Below are positions 1 to 11,000 of a stretch of DNA of 64,000 nucleotides, one piece after another (within the stretch, counting starts at the first letter, position 1; every line of letters starts with the position of its first letter). The notes below the pieces were generated by a model. That model was not told where the DNA came from. It did not search any database and saw nothing but the letters and a program-made list of their open reading frames with translations. The position numbers and the translations under genes are program-made. The DNA is from a virus, in IMG/VR virus record IMGVR_UViG_3300020394_000003, positions 64,001 to 128,000 of that record; one strand, given 5' to 3'.

Positions 1-1191
1 ATTCTAGAAAAATATATCAGAGTAGAGGATAAAAGCGAACTAGGGATCACAGACGAGATACCAGAGCCAATCCTCACACGTAGTGATTCTACCCGCGGCG
101 TTGTGAATATAAATATTTGGAAGCAATTTTTAGAAAGTGCTCTGTTGACAGAACATAAAGATAAAAAGCTTTCTGAATTTTTCGGCGACCTAGAACTTAC
201 TTACAATTACGATGAAGAGGGTAACCCAACAGGTGAGCCTACCGGAATTGATGGTTCAACAGGGGTAAGGTATGGTCTCAGATTGAGCTATGTACCGCCG
301 GAAGATATGGCAAATGAATTAGAGCAAGCTTTCGAAGCCATGGCAGAAAGTGAATCTTGGGCAGATATTGAAGCAAAAGCATCTAAAGAGAAGGCCTTTT
401 TTCTAGCGCCTCCAAATCTTACTATAGAAAACAATGGAATGTCTGTTAATTCTACTATATTGACTGATGATAGCGGCGATGAAGTGACGGCTACTAATGC
501 TTCTGCAAGGGCACAAGATGTTTATAACAATGTTGAGGCTAGACTCGCGTCGGGCACCTATAATGGATATAGTCCAAAAGGCGCTAGATTCGTAATCCCA
601 ATTGCTTATGCGGAATATGACGCGCTAGACCACACTCTAGAGCAGCACAAAGATAGCATTGATCAAGAAATGGATCTCAAGTGTCTTGTAAACGACCTAG
701 TAGCAACTCCAGACTTTGAGCTTATTTTTAGATATGTCTTCCCGCTAAATAGAATTACATCTTTGATGAGTATCTATGTTGGTCGTGCATTCCTAGCGTC
801 AATTGGTGAAAAAACTATGTCCACAACACAAGATAAATTAAAAGATGTCCTTAGCAACGGATACCCCAAGCCAGATCCTGAATCAGGAGAGTGGCAAATT
901 TACAATATCAGAAAGTTTGTAGGCCGCGGCGGAGTTTCTTATGATCGATGGGACGACGATTTCTTGTTTCGAAGATCTAAGAGGCGACTAGTAAGAATGT
1001 TTAGGACCTATTATAAATCTAGAGACTTCTTATCAGGTGGAGATGACGAGGGCGATGGTCAAAGTGACTTCACCGCATCCGAGAAGGAACAAAAAAGAGA
1101 AAGAAAGAGAGGGGATAAGGGCTCTAAGAGATACTTCCGACGCTTACGCAGACGAGAACGAGACCGTCCTTTTGATAAAAATGGCGAATGA
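1..1191 (+). CDS. C-terminal part of a large putative virion/baseplate-region protein (5' truncated by the window edge)
   Basis: The frame of the 103..1191 ORF is open from base 1 (ILEKYIRVEDK...), so the GTG at 103 is probably internal. It lies immediately upstream of the gp25-like gene and has a highly charged, basic C-terminus. Confidence 0.6.
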   Translation: MLEKYIRVEDKSELGITDEIPEPILTRSDSTRGVVNINIWKQFLESALLTEHKDKKLSEFFGDLELTYNYDEEGNPTGEPTGIDGSTGVRYGLRLSYVPPEDMANELEQAFEAMAESESWADIEAKASKEKAFFLAPPNLTIENNGMSVNSTILTDDSGDEVTATNASARAQDVYNNVEARLASGTYNGYSPKGARFVIPIAYAEYDALDHTLEQHKDSIDQEMDLKCLVNDLVATPDFELIFRYVFPLNRITSLMSIYVGRAFLASIGEKTMSTTQDKLKDVLSNGYPKPDPESGEWQIYNIRKFVGRGGVSYDRWDDDFLFRRSKRRLVRMFRTYYKSRDFLSGGDDEGDGQSDFTASEKEQKRERKRGDKGSKRYFRRLRRRERDRPFDKNGE

Positions 1192-1204
1192 TACTGAAGC
1201 AAAA

Positions 1205-1212
1205 ACTATATA
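1205..1212 (+). promoter_or_regulatory. Putative phage late promoter motif ACTATATA
   Basis: One copy of the recurring ACTA(T/C/A)(T/A)TA motif, 33 nt before the gp25-like start. Confidence 0.55.
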
Positions 1213-1244
1213 CTTTATAATTAACTCAAGAGGAACACTCACCA

Positions 1245-1637
1245 ATGGCTTATGACGCTTCACTTCCATTCAGAAGAGATGAAACTACTGGATTTGCTAC
1301 AATCGATACTGTAGCCGACGCAGTACATCAGGATTTAAGAATATTGCTATTGACTACCCCGGGCGAAAGAGTCATGGACCCTTTATTCGGAGTTGGATTA
1401 AAAAGATTTTTATTTCAACCACTAGTGTTAGGTACCCTAGGAGATATTGAAGTACGTATCCGCAACCAAGTTAAGAAGTATTTAAATTTTATAACAATTG
1501 TAAATATAGACTTTTCTAGTGCACTAAGTACAGCACCGGGTACGTCAGTAACTGATATGGATGAAAACCTGCTGGGAATCACTATAAGCTATCAGTATGG
1601 TTATAATGAAGTAAGGGATTTGTATATAACAGCCTAA
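1245..1637 (+). CDS. gp25: Baseplate wedge protein, GPW/gp25 family
   Basis: Signature LRILLLTTPGERVMDPLFGVGLKRFLF; 130 aa; precedes the gp6-like gene. Confidence 0.9.
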   Translation: MAYDASLPFRRDETTGFATIDTVADAVHQDLRILLLTTPGERVMDPLFGVGLKRFLFQPLVLGTLGDIEVRIRNQVKKYLNFITIVNIDFSSALSTAPGTSVTDMDENLLGITISYQYGYNEVRDLYITA

Positions 1638-1655
1638 AATTTAAAAATTTAGGCT
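1631..1655 (+). other. Inverted repeat AGCCTAAA-N9-TTTAGGCT at the gp25/gp6 junction
   Basis: 8-bp stem overlapping the gp25 stop and abutting a promoter-like variant GCTAGTTA (1653-1660). No U-tract, so not a classic terminator. Confidence 0.4.
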
Positions 1656-1677
1656 AGTTAATGGATGGAGTTCTACG

Positions 1678-3483
1678 ATGTCAAAAGATAAAAGATTTAA
1701 CAGAAATATACGATACACAAACAGAGACTTTACATCTGTTAAAAATGATTTAGTAGAGCAGGCAAAGATTTACTACCCTGACACGTACAAGGACTTTAAT
1801 CAGGCTAGCTTTGGTTCAATGATGTTGGACTCAGTAGCATACGTTGCAGATCAGCTTAATTTTTATTTAGACTATCAGGCCAATGAAAGCTTTATTGATA
1901 CGGCTGTCGAATATGAGAATGTTGTAAGGCACGCTAAGAGTTTGGGATACAGATGGAAGGGCGCCCCTTCTAGCTTAGGCGTGATTTCCATGTATGTCAT
2001 TTGCCCCGCCGCAGGTCTCGGAATGGGAGTAGATTTAGATTATGTCCCAGTGCTAAAAGCCGGCGCCCAATTCACATCACAGTCGGGCGGCAGCTTTTTA
2101 TTAATGCAAGATGTGGATTTTTCTTTAAGTTCAAATGAAATCGTAGCTGCTAGAAAAGACTCCACAACAGGTTTACCTACACACTATGCGATCAAAGCAT
2201 ATGGTAAAGTCATTTCTGGCGAAATTATGAGAAAAACAGTTAATGTTGGCAGCTTTCAAAGATTTAGAAAAATTCAAGTAGGTTCGTTAAGTAACGTGTC
2301 GGAAATTTTACGTGTCACCGATGACGAAGGTCACGAATATCATCAAGTTGAATATCTATCACAAGACGTTATTTACAAAGAAGTTGTTAACAAAGATGCT
2401 CGCATCTCTGGGGTACCATCCGTGATGCGCCCTGTCTCTGTTCCTAGGAGATTTATTATTGAAACAGAAGGTAACGATCTCTATATTCAGTTTGGCCATG
2501 GCTCAGACTCAGAAGCAGCCTCTCCATCAGTGGTAGAACCTACAAACTTAACGCTGCAGCAGTTTGGAAGAAGCTATATTACGGATGAATCTTTTGATCC
2601 CAATAACTTATTATCAACGGATAAACTAGGAATTAGTCCGTCAAATACAAGAGTGTATGTGATTTATAGAATCAATAGTCAGACCACTGCAAATGCAGCA
2701 GTTGGAACAATAACAAAGGTTGGCAGCAACGAAATGTTATTTAGGGCCGAGCACGAACTGAGTCAAAAAAAGGTAAGGGAAGTAAGAAGATCTTTAGAGT
2801 CTTATAATGAAGAAGCAATCGTGGGGGCAATTACGCTTCCCGATACTGACGATATTAAAAGAATGGTGTACGATAACTTTGCAACTCAAAACAGGGCTGT
2901 CACAAAACAAGATTACTTATCACTAGCATATTCTATGGATCCAAAATTTGGCAAAATTAAACGATGTAACATCATGAGAGATCCTGATTCATTAAAAAGA
3001 AATTTAAATATGTATGTTTTAGCTGAAGCACCAAATGGAAAGTTATCGGTTGCAAATGACTCATTAAAAAGAAACTTAAAAACTTGGCTAAATCAATATA
3101 GGATGATCAATGATACAATTGATATTCTAGATGGAAAAATTTTAAATTTTAGAATTGATTTTGATGTTGTGGGGCACAGAGACTATAATAAGCACGATGT
3201 TTTAAATCAATGTGTAAAAGTGTTGAGAGATGAATTTGCACAACCAAAATATATGGGTGAACCATTTTATATTTCTGATATTCAGAATATGTTAAACGAT
3301 GTAGATGGTGTTACCGACGTTAAGATGGTTAAAGTTACATGCATGAATGGCGGAATTTATTCCGATTCTTTTCTTGACATAGCACAACAAAAGTCCGCAG
3401 ATGGAAGATATATCGTAATTCCAGAAAACTGCGCAGTAGAAATTAAATATCCAAGAAACGATATTGTGGGGACAATTACATAA
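1678..3483 (+). CDS. gp6: Baseplate wedge protein, T4 gp6 / baseplate J family
   Basis: N-terminal YTNRDFTSVKNDL...DFNQASFGSMMLD...ESFIDTA and C-terminal QNRAVTKQDY are characteristic of gp6; 601 aa; GGAG SD. Confidence 0.9.
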   Translation: MSKDKRFNRNIRYTNRDFTSVKNDLVEQAKIYYPDTYKDFNQASFGSMMLDSVAYVADQLNFYLDYQANESFIDTAVEYENVVRHAKSLGYRWKGAPSSLGVISMYVICPAAGLGMGVDLDYVPVLKAGAQFTSQSGGSFLLMQDVDFSLSSNEIVAARKDSTTGLPTHYAIKAYGKVISGEIMRKTVNVGSFQRFRKIQVGSLSNVSEILRVTDDEGHEYHQVEYLSQDVIYKEVVNKDARISGVPSVMRPVSVPRRFIIETEGNDLYIQFGHGSDSEAASPSVVEPTNLTLQQFGRSYITDESFDPNNLLSTDKLGISPSNTRVYVIYRINSQTTANAAVGTITKVGSNEMLFRAEHELSQKKVREVRRSLESYNEEAIVGAITLPDTDDIKRMVYDNFATQNRAVTKQDYLSLAYSMDPKFGKIKRCNIMRDPDSLKRNLNMYVLAEAPNGKLSVANDSLKRNLKTWLNQYRMINDTIDILDGKILNFRIDFDVVGHRDYNKHDVLNQCVKVLRDEFAQPKYMGEPFYISDIQNMLNDVDGVTDVKMVKVTCMNGGIYSDSFLDIAQQKSADGRYIVIPENCAVEIKYPRNDIVGTIT

Positions 3484-5027
3484 TGGCTGTTAAAAGATAT
3501 TGGGCATTGAAAGATAACACTATCACCAACGCCTACGAATCAAATTTACAATATCGAGCGACCGGCTCAAACATGGGCGGGTCAGATGTTCTTGAAGTAT
3601 TTAGTGTTTACCAGCAGGCAGGAACATCATCCTCAGATCAGGATGAGTTTGCAAGGATCCTAATTCAATTTCCAATTACAGGCTCAAACCTGCAAAATGA
3701 TTATACTTCAGTAAAAAGAGATCGAGTACTAGGGAATATTCCAGCTTCAGGAAGTGTAGAATTTTATCTTAAAATGTATAATGCACGCCATTCTTTAACC
3801 ACTCCCCGTGACTATAGTCTTGTAGTAGCTGCTCTTAACAAAGATTGGGATGAGGGCAGCGGTTTAGATATGGACAACTACACTGATGTTTTGTACGGCG
3901 ATATGAAGGGCTCTAACTGGATCTCATCTTCACTGGGAACAAAGTGGACATCAGCCGGCGGTGATTGGGATAACGATGATTCTCTAGGTGTAACCGCCTC
4001 TTTTTATACTGGCGTTGAAGATATGGAAGTTAATGTAACACCGCTTGTTGAAAACTGGATTGCAGGTACAAAGAACAACTATGGAGTAATTGTACGGCTA
4101 GCCCCCGATCTAGAGTCTGCAGAAAAATCATATTACACTAAGAAATTTTTTGGAAGAACATCTGAATTTTTCTTTAAAAGACCGGTATTGGAAGCTCGCT
4201 GGAATTCGGCCACTAGGGATGACAGAAATAATTTTTATTATAGCAGCTCAGTCGCTACATTATCAGACAATCTAAATACACTTTACTATTATAACTTTGT
4301 ACGCGGCCGCCTCCGAGCGATTCCACTCGATGCAGGCTCTGAAGTCGTAGTGAGTCTGTACACGGCTTCCCCAGATGGCACCCCAAGCGCCACGGATGGT
4401 AAAATCGCCCTCTCAAAGGGTGGAGGTGTCGTCGCTGCCGGTGATGTTAACGCAACCGCTAGCGTATCATCAACCGGAGTTTATACTGTATCATTATCTG
4501 CAACTGGTTCTAAAAGTTCGCATTCGACACTGTATGATGTGTGGCAAATTAGAAAAGCGACCGATCAGGGAGTAGATGGGTATACACAGATTTATACAGG
4601 AAGCATCAAGCCCAAATCGGATACTGGTGCGACGTGGAACAGAAATCGAACTTACGTTACAACTGTTCCAAATCTTAAGAAAACTTATCACAGAACAGAT
4701 ACAGACCGACTAAGACTTTACACTAGAGAAAAAGACTGGAGTCCAACTATTTATAATAAGGCAAACAATACGATTGAAAGATCAATCATCGAAAGTGGTT
4801 CATATAGAATTACAAGAAATATTGATAAACTAGTAGTACTACCATTTGGTACGGGATCTGAGATGCACACTCAAATGTCTTATGATGTTTCAGGCAATTA
4901 CTTTGACGTAGACTTTTCGATACTAGCATCGGGGTATTCTTACACAATGGACTTCAGTTTTTATGATGACTCAATAGGCGACTGGATAGTGCAGCCACAA
5001 AAGTTTAAGTTTAGAGTTGACGAATAG
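3483..5027 (+). CDS. Virion baseplate-associated protein with a DNRLRE/CBM96-like beta domain
   Basis: Motifs WDEGSG, WTSAGGDW, NVTPLVENW...NYGVIVRL...RPVLEARW; translationally coupled (TAATG) to gp6. Confidence 0.6.
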   Translation: MAVKRYWALKDNTITNAYESNLQYRATGSNMGGSDVLEVFSVYQQAGTSSSDQDEFARILIQFPITGSNLQNDYTSVKRDRVLGNIPASGSVEFYLKMYNARHSLTTPRDYSLVVAALNKDWDEGSGLDMDNYTDVLYGDMKGSNWISSSLGTKWTSAGGDWDNDDSLGVTASFYTGVEDMEVNVTPLVENWIAGTKNNYGVIVRLAPDLESAEKSYYTKKFFGRTSEFFFKRPVLEARWNSATRDDRNNFYYSSSVATLSDNLNTLYYYNFVRGRLRAIPLDAGSEVVVSLYTASPDGTPSATDGKIALSKGGGVVAAGDVNATASVSSTGVYTVSLSATGSKSSHSTLYDVWQIRKATDQGVDGYTQIYTGSIKPKSDTGATWNRNRTYVTTVPNLKKTYHRTDTDRLRLYTREKDWSPTIYNKANNTIERSIIESGSYRITRNIDKLVVLPFGTGSEMHTQMSYDVSGNYFDVDFSILASGYSYTMDFSFYDDSIGDWIVQPQKFKFRVDE

Positions 5028-5038
5028 CGAGATAAAAT

Positions 5039-8000
5039 ATGGCAATCAAAGATTTATTTGAGAAACCACAGCAAGTACTGAGTTCGGCAGATTCCGAAAA
5101 GACAACCAAAGGAAAGGTCGAATCAATCGACAACCTTGATGCAGTACTGCGTCAAAAAGAAGAGTTTGTTCCTTATATCGATCACTCCTCTGCATCTAAT
5201 TTCGCCATCTATGGCTCTGCTGAAAAATACTATGAAGATGCTTTCACGGCAATCTATCGACAATATCCTTATGACGGTTCCGCTCACGAAAAAAAAGAGT
5301 ACGAATTAAACATAAATTATCTAACAAGGTATATTCTAGATAACAAATATCCTAGAACAAATGGTTATATTACGCTAGGACTGAATAATACGTATTCGGG
5401 CCTATCAGGTTCATACGGCAATGTAGCCTCCAGCGAATATATTAAGGTTGTAGGGGGCCCGCACACAGCATCAAACCTTCAATATGATGTTGAGGGCATG
5501 ATTGGACGCCCTCTTTACGAAACTTTCAAATACTCAAATAAGCTTGCTTCTAATCCATATGAACTAGCTGGCTTAGCTAAGGGGCAAAACTTAGGCTCAC
5601 AGCTTTCAAACTTGAGGTTTAATGCCTCAGACGGAATGACTGTTGAATTCTGGCTTAAAAAGACTGCCTTTGATCCAACAAAGACCAAAAGAGAAGTTGT
5701 ATTTGATCTTTGGAATGGAAAAAATCATGTAGGGGCAGATCCTGATTTGTCATCTGGTAGATTTTTGATTGAGCTTTCTAGTAGTGACGGTGGCCCCTTT
5801 AGGCTTACATGTGTTTCTGGTTCTACTTCTTTGGCATCCGATCTTGCAATTTGTAGCACTAGTATAACCGGCGGCATAGTTGCCAACGGCGGCTGGAATC
5901 ATTATGCTGTGTCTCTTAAATCATATCCTTCTAGCAATGAGACATTGGTTAAGTTCTATGTCAATGGCGATTTGGATAAGCAGACAACAATTAGCGGCTA
6001 CATTAACGAAGTTACAGGCGGCTTAAACGCATACATTGGTGCCCTGCAAACAGGTACCGCTCTTGGCGGCGCCGCTGGTTACGGGCTGCTTAGTGCGTCT
6101 TTAGACGAGTTTCGATACTGGAAGGAGGCACGAACATCAGAGGATATTGGTAGAAACTGGTGGACTCAAGTAAATGGAGGATCAAATACTGAAACTGCAA
6201 ACACAAGCCTAGGTGTATATTATAAATTTAATGAAGGTATTGTACAAACCTCCGCTGCAGATACCGCTGGTTATGCTTTTGATAAAAAGATTTTGGACTA
6301 CTCTGGTCGCGTATCAAACGGAGTTTGGGTTGGGTACCCGGGCCTCCCACATCGTGCTAGAAGTACAAATTCGGCCATTGTGGAAGCGAATGTGGCAGCA
6401 ACAGAATTTAAAGACCCAATTCTATACAGTACACACACTAGAGTTAAAAATTTAAGAACCGAGCTGATGGCTAGCGGTTCGATGTGGGATGATGAAAATA
6501 ACGCATCACTGTTGAACGCACTGCCATCTTTTATGCGAGAAGAAGACGAAGAGATAGGGGACGGAACATTAACGAATACATTACAAATGATGGGTGCATA
6601 TTTCGACAAGATCCATCATTTAATTGATGCATTGCCAAAAGTTAGAGCTACATCGTATCTTACAGCATCAGCAAAGCCCTATCCTTTCGCCACTCATTTG
6701 CTGGAAAGTATTGGGTTAAACGCCCCTGAACTTTTTGTACAGGCGAATGTGCTAGAGTCGTTTGCTCAAAGAGATGAAGACCGTCCGTATACGCAAGATT
6801 TAACAGAGCTTAAAAATCTTATTTATCAAAACATTTACAATAACTTAACATACATTTACAAGTCCAAGGGTACTGAAAAGTCTATTCGAAATATTGTACG
6901 TTGTTTCGGAGTAGACGAAGAACTTATTCGACTTAATTTGTATTCTAGCAATTTAACTTATGAGTTAAAAGATAATACTAGAACTAAAACAGTAAAATCA
7001 AAATGTGTTAATTTTAATGACGTTGATAAATTTGACTCTACAATATATCAAGCGGCAGATCCTGACAATGCAAATACTTCGGCGTATATTACTGGATCCG
7101 GCCCGACAACAGTAACCGCATCTTTAGGTAAAGAAGATTTGCTTGGAATGACTGTGGAGGGAGAATTCATTTTCCCAATCAAGCTTACTAGGCGAGATTT
7201 CGGATATTTTGACACCCCATTTACAAAAGTGTCTCTATTTGGCATGCATACGCCAACAAAGAATGGTAATTCATTTGACACCAAAGACTATGCAAACTTC
7301 CAAGTTCAAGCTATAAAACCGAATGCAGAATCTAACCATGCATATTTTAAGCTTACCTCAAATTATGACCCGTACCCAATTCCAGAGCTAACATCCAGCT
7401 TGTTTAATGATGTATACGACAATCAAAGATGGAACCTATCTGTTAGAATTAAACCACTTGATCCCGTAACTAACTTTGTACAAGACAATCAGGTTGATAC
7501 AACGTTTAACCCGCTAGCAAGAATGTGCCAAAACTACGAAGTTCACTTTTATGGCGTGAACATGGAAACAGGATACCCAGAGCATACCTTCCACCTTTCG
7601 GGAACCATGGAGGCACATAAAGCTAGAGATTTTCTGAGAGCTTCAAAGAAAATCTATGCCGGTGCCCACAAACAAAACTTTAACGGCGCCACAATCGATC
7701 TCTCAGATGTTAAAGTATCGAACATTAAATACTGGGCAACTTGTTTAGATAATGAAGATTTACTAGCACATGCTAGCGATCCAGAAAATCACGGTGTTAC
7801 AGATCCATACAAGAATGTTGCTTTACAGGTTGCGAGCCTTAATAAATGGCACATTCCAAAAATTGATACTTTAGCCCTTAACTGGACATTTGAAAACTGT
7901 GTTGCACCATCTTCTGATGCAGGCGACCCATCAACTGACGACTCGTTTTTCTTCGTGGACGACATCTCATCGGGCTCGTCAGAAGCGGTTGCTTCCGCAA

Positions 8001-11000
8001 AGTATGGCTGGTTCAGCAACATTATTGATCAACAACACAGTGGAAAAGGAGACAGGTTCTTACCGCCAGAAAGTGGTGACAAAAATCCAATTGATGTAAA
8101 CTACATCTCTTCTGCCCGTCGTCAGTTACCAGAGGTTGTAAATACAAACGACGCTGTTCAGATTTTAAGACAAGATGATGATAAGTTTACTAGAGAACAC
8201 AGCATAGTACAGCACTATTATGCTATCGAAAAGAGCATGTACCAGACCATTTCTGAAGAAATGATTAATATGTTCGCATCAATTGTTGATTTTAATAACT
8301 TAATTGGTGAACCGGTAAACCGCTATCGACAAGAATATAAAGACCTAGGAAAGCTTAGGCAACTGTTCTTTGACAGAATTGGAAATACACCAAGTCTAGA
8401 TAAGTACGTTCAATTTTACAAATGGCTAGACTCAGCTGTCACCACTGTTATCCAAGAACTCATCCCAGCGTCAGCCGAAGTTGCTGCAGACCTACACAAT
8501 ATGGTCGAAAGTCATGTTCTTGAGAGAAATAAATACTGGACTAAGTTTCCTACGATTGAGTTCAAGCAAGATGATCCTGAAGCGGGCCTTCGCGGTGTCA
8601 TGGAGCTTACGTATGATTGGGAGCATGGCCATCATCCTGTAAATCAAAATCAGGCAAACAACGCTCTTTATTGGAAAGAGCGCGCAGAACGAGATGATTT
8701 CCCGCTGTCAGTGACAGCTTCCGTCGGCTCGCCATTCTTTCAATTAGATGGTAACCCAGTAGATGGTAACAAAAATACAATTCGTCGCACCCTAAACACT
8801 CACAGGGAGGCTAAGAAAAACTCTCTAGCAAGACCTGATGGTACTCTGTATGGAGGCCGTGAATACTCATTAAGAAAATTTACAAAGCCATACAAATTAG
8901 AAATGGACATGCCACTAGAAATAAAATCTGGCATCAATTTTGAAAAAAATAAAAATGTAGATATTGCGAAAAACCTTTTGCATCCAAACGCGCCGCTTAC
9001 AATAAGCTCATCGACTAACGGTCCACTAGCCGATTTACCAACAAATGTAATGTTTGTAGATGGTGACAATATTGATTCTTTTAAAGATGTTAGTGACGAT
9101 TTAGAACTGAACAAGGGCAAAAGAAAATATACTGGTACAGTTATTATGGGTCGAGAAAAAGAATTCGATCAGCACAATAATGAGACCTACGCAGAAACTA
9201 CATACGCAAAAGTACTACCAGCAACAATCGTATCCAGTTCGGTAGTAACAGGCTACAACAAGGTGTTCGCTGGTGTTGATGCTCCCGGGTTTGTTACCGG
9301 CGCTTCGATCACAAACATTCATCATGATTTTTATGGACAAGATCGAGAGATTCCGATGCAAGGTCCGTTCACAGAAAAATATGTAGGAGGACATCAATCT
9401 AGACACGTTCGCCTAAACCCCGGAACAGACGATTTCCAGAATAGGCCCGAGGCGTGGAGAATCCTAGTAGGAAAAGTCGTTCCCGGCTGCAGCCGTCAAG
9501 ATCCCGGTGCCTTTGGATTTGTGGGGCAAGATTACCCATATCCAGTTATTGGTAAAGAACCCATAGCTGCCACTGGAATAATTAATTGCCATATTGGTTC
9601 AGACTTGCCATTTTGCGATCCAGCAGATGGAGATACCATTACTATCAGTGATGGCAGGACCACATCAGTATTCGAATTTGATACTAACGGCTCCGTAGTG
9701 GCTGGAAATGTAACACTTGATATATCAGGAGTCAGTGGAGGTGCAAATAGTCGATCAAGACAGTATGCACAAATTCTTGCAAATGCTATCAATGCAGTAG
9801 CAGACTTACAAGTTCAAGCCACTGATAACGAACACACAATAACACTAGTTAACACATTATATGGTGCACCCTCTTCGAAAGCTTCGTTTTCTCTGGGAGC
9901 CAAGGGAAACGCTGCAATTGTAAAAACCCCCAAAAACAGCGGCGCAGGAATTGGCAGGTCTCACAGTGAAACAACTGTGTGGCGAGTAACTGGTATGGCC
10001 GGCGGACAAAACCCGGTTATTTTAAATCAAAAGCCGCCAAGAGCGGTCCGGTACCGAGAAGAATTGATCAAGCGACCAGTTAACTTTAAGAACATTAGGC
10101 AAACAACTGCCTCTGTCGACGTGGTTGTTGAGGCTTCAAGACAGCACGGCCCAATCGGGAACTATACACACAACTATGAAATTGTCCAATCTGCAGGTAG
10201 AACAACAAATGATCTAGATTTTAGAAAAACAAGCAGACTGGATCATCAAGATACAGCGCTAGCAAAAGGTGGTCAAGATATTGATGCTGTAACGTACAGC
10301 AGAAAACTTTTACAAAGAGAAATTACAAATGAAGACGAGCCGCAACATGCAGGCGGGAGCCTAGGAGATCCTAACTTCTGGCACAGGAATGCCCCGGGCG
10401 TAACGCACAGCACAAGAGACCTTTCGAAAAATCCTAGAAGAGGAAAAAACAAGACTGTAATTGTATCAAGATTTAGCGCACCGGGTGGCTACGAAAGCAT
10501 GTCTCGCGGATTTTTAGACCCAGCGCATGAAGAGCATTCACCATATGATGTAGTTACGTTCCGCAATAGAGCAGTTAGGGGAGAATTCCAATACATTGCT
10601 ACTAGCGGATCAGTACCAGAAAACTTTAAAGATACACTCTATCAAGACGGCTTGGATGCAACGACATTTAGAGTAGTAGATATTCACGGTGAACCGTGGG
10701 GCCTAAAGAGTCATCTTACTAGATACACTGCACCATATGGCAGAGATTCAGTGCTATCTCATGGCCCTCTTCAAGGTACCGAAGTGCTTGAAAATGAAAC
10801 TTTTTACCCGGGCTTTCATAAAGTACATCGCAATGGAGCTACTGCAAACGACTTTACTACAGATATTGATCGAGTAACACACACAACATACTACGGAGTT
10901 CCCATGAACCGCGGTATAGTGATGGCTTCCGATGTTGCAGGTTTCACTCCTTCTGCACCGGGCGGTACTAAAAACAGCTCGCGAGCCTTAAGATATGTCA

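Noticed and set aside
1189-1197. TGA-TAC-TGA at the end of the first ORF, considered as selenocysteine or stop-codon reassignment
   Set aside because: TGA, TAG and TAA all end genes cleanly in this window, and ORFs tile densely under the standard code; no SECIS-like hairpin follows.
1037-1255. 72-aa ORF bridging the first gene and gp25
   Set aside because: Overlaps both neighbours and runs across the promoter motif; no SD.
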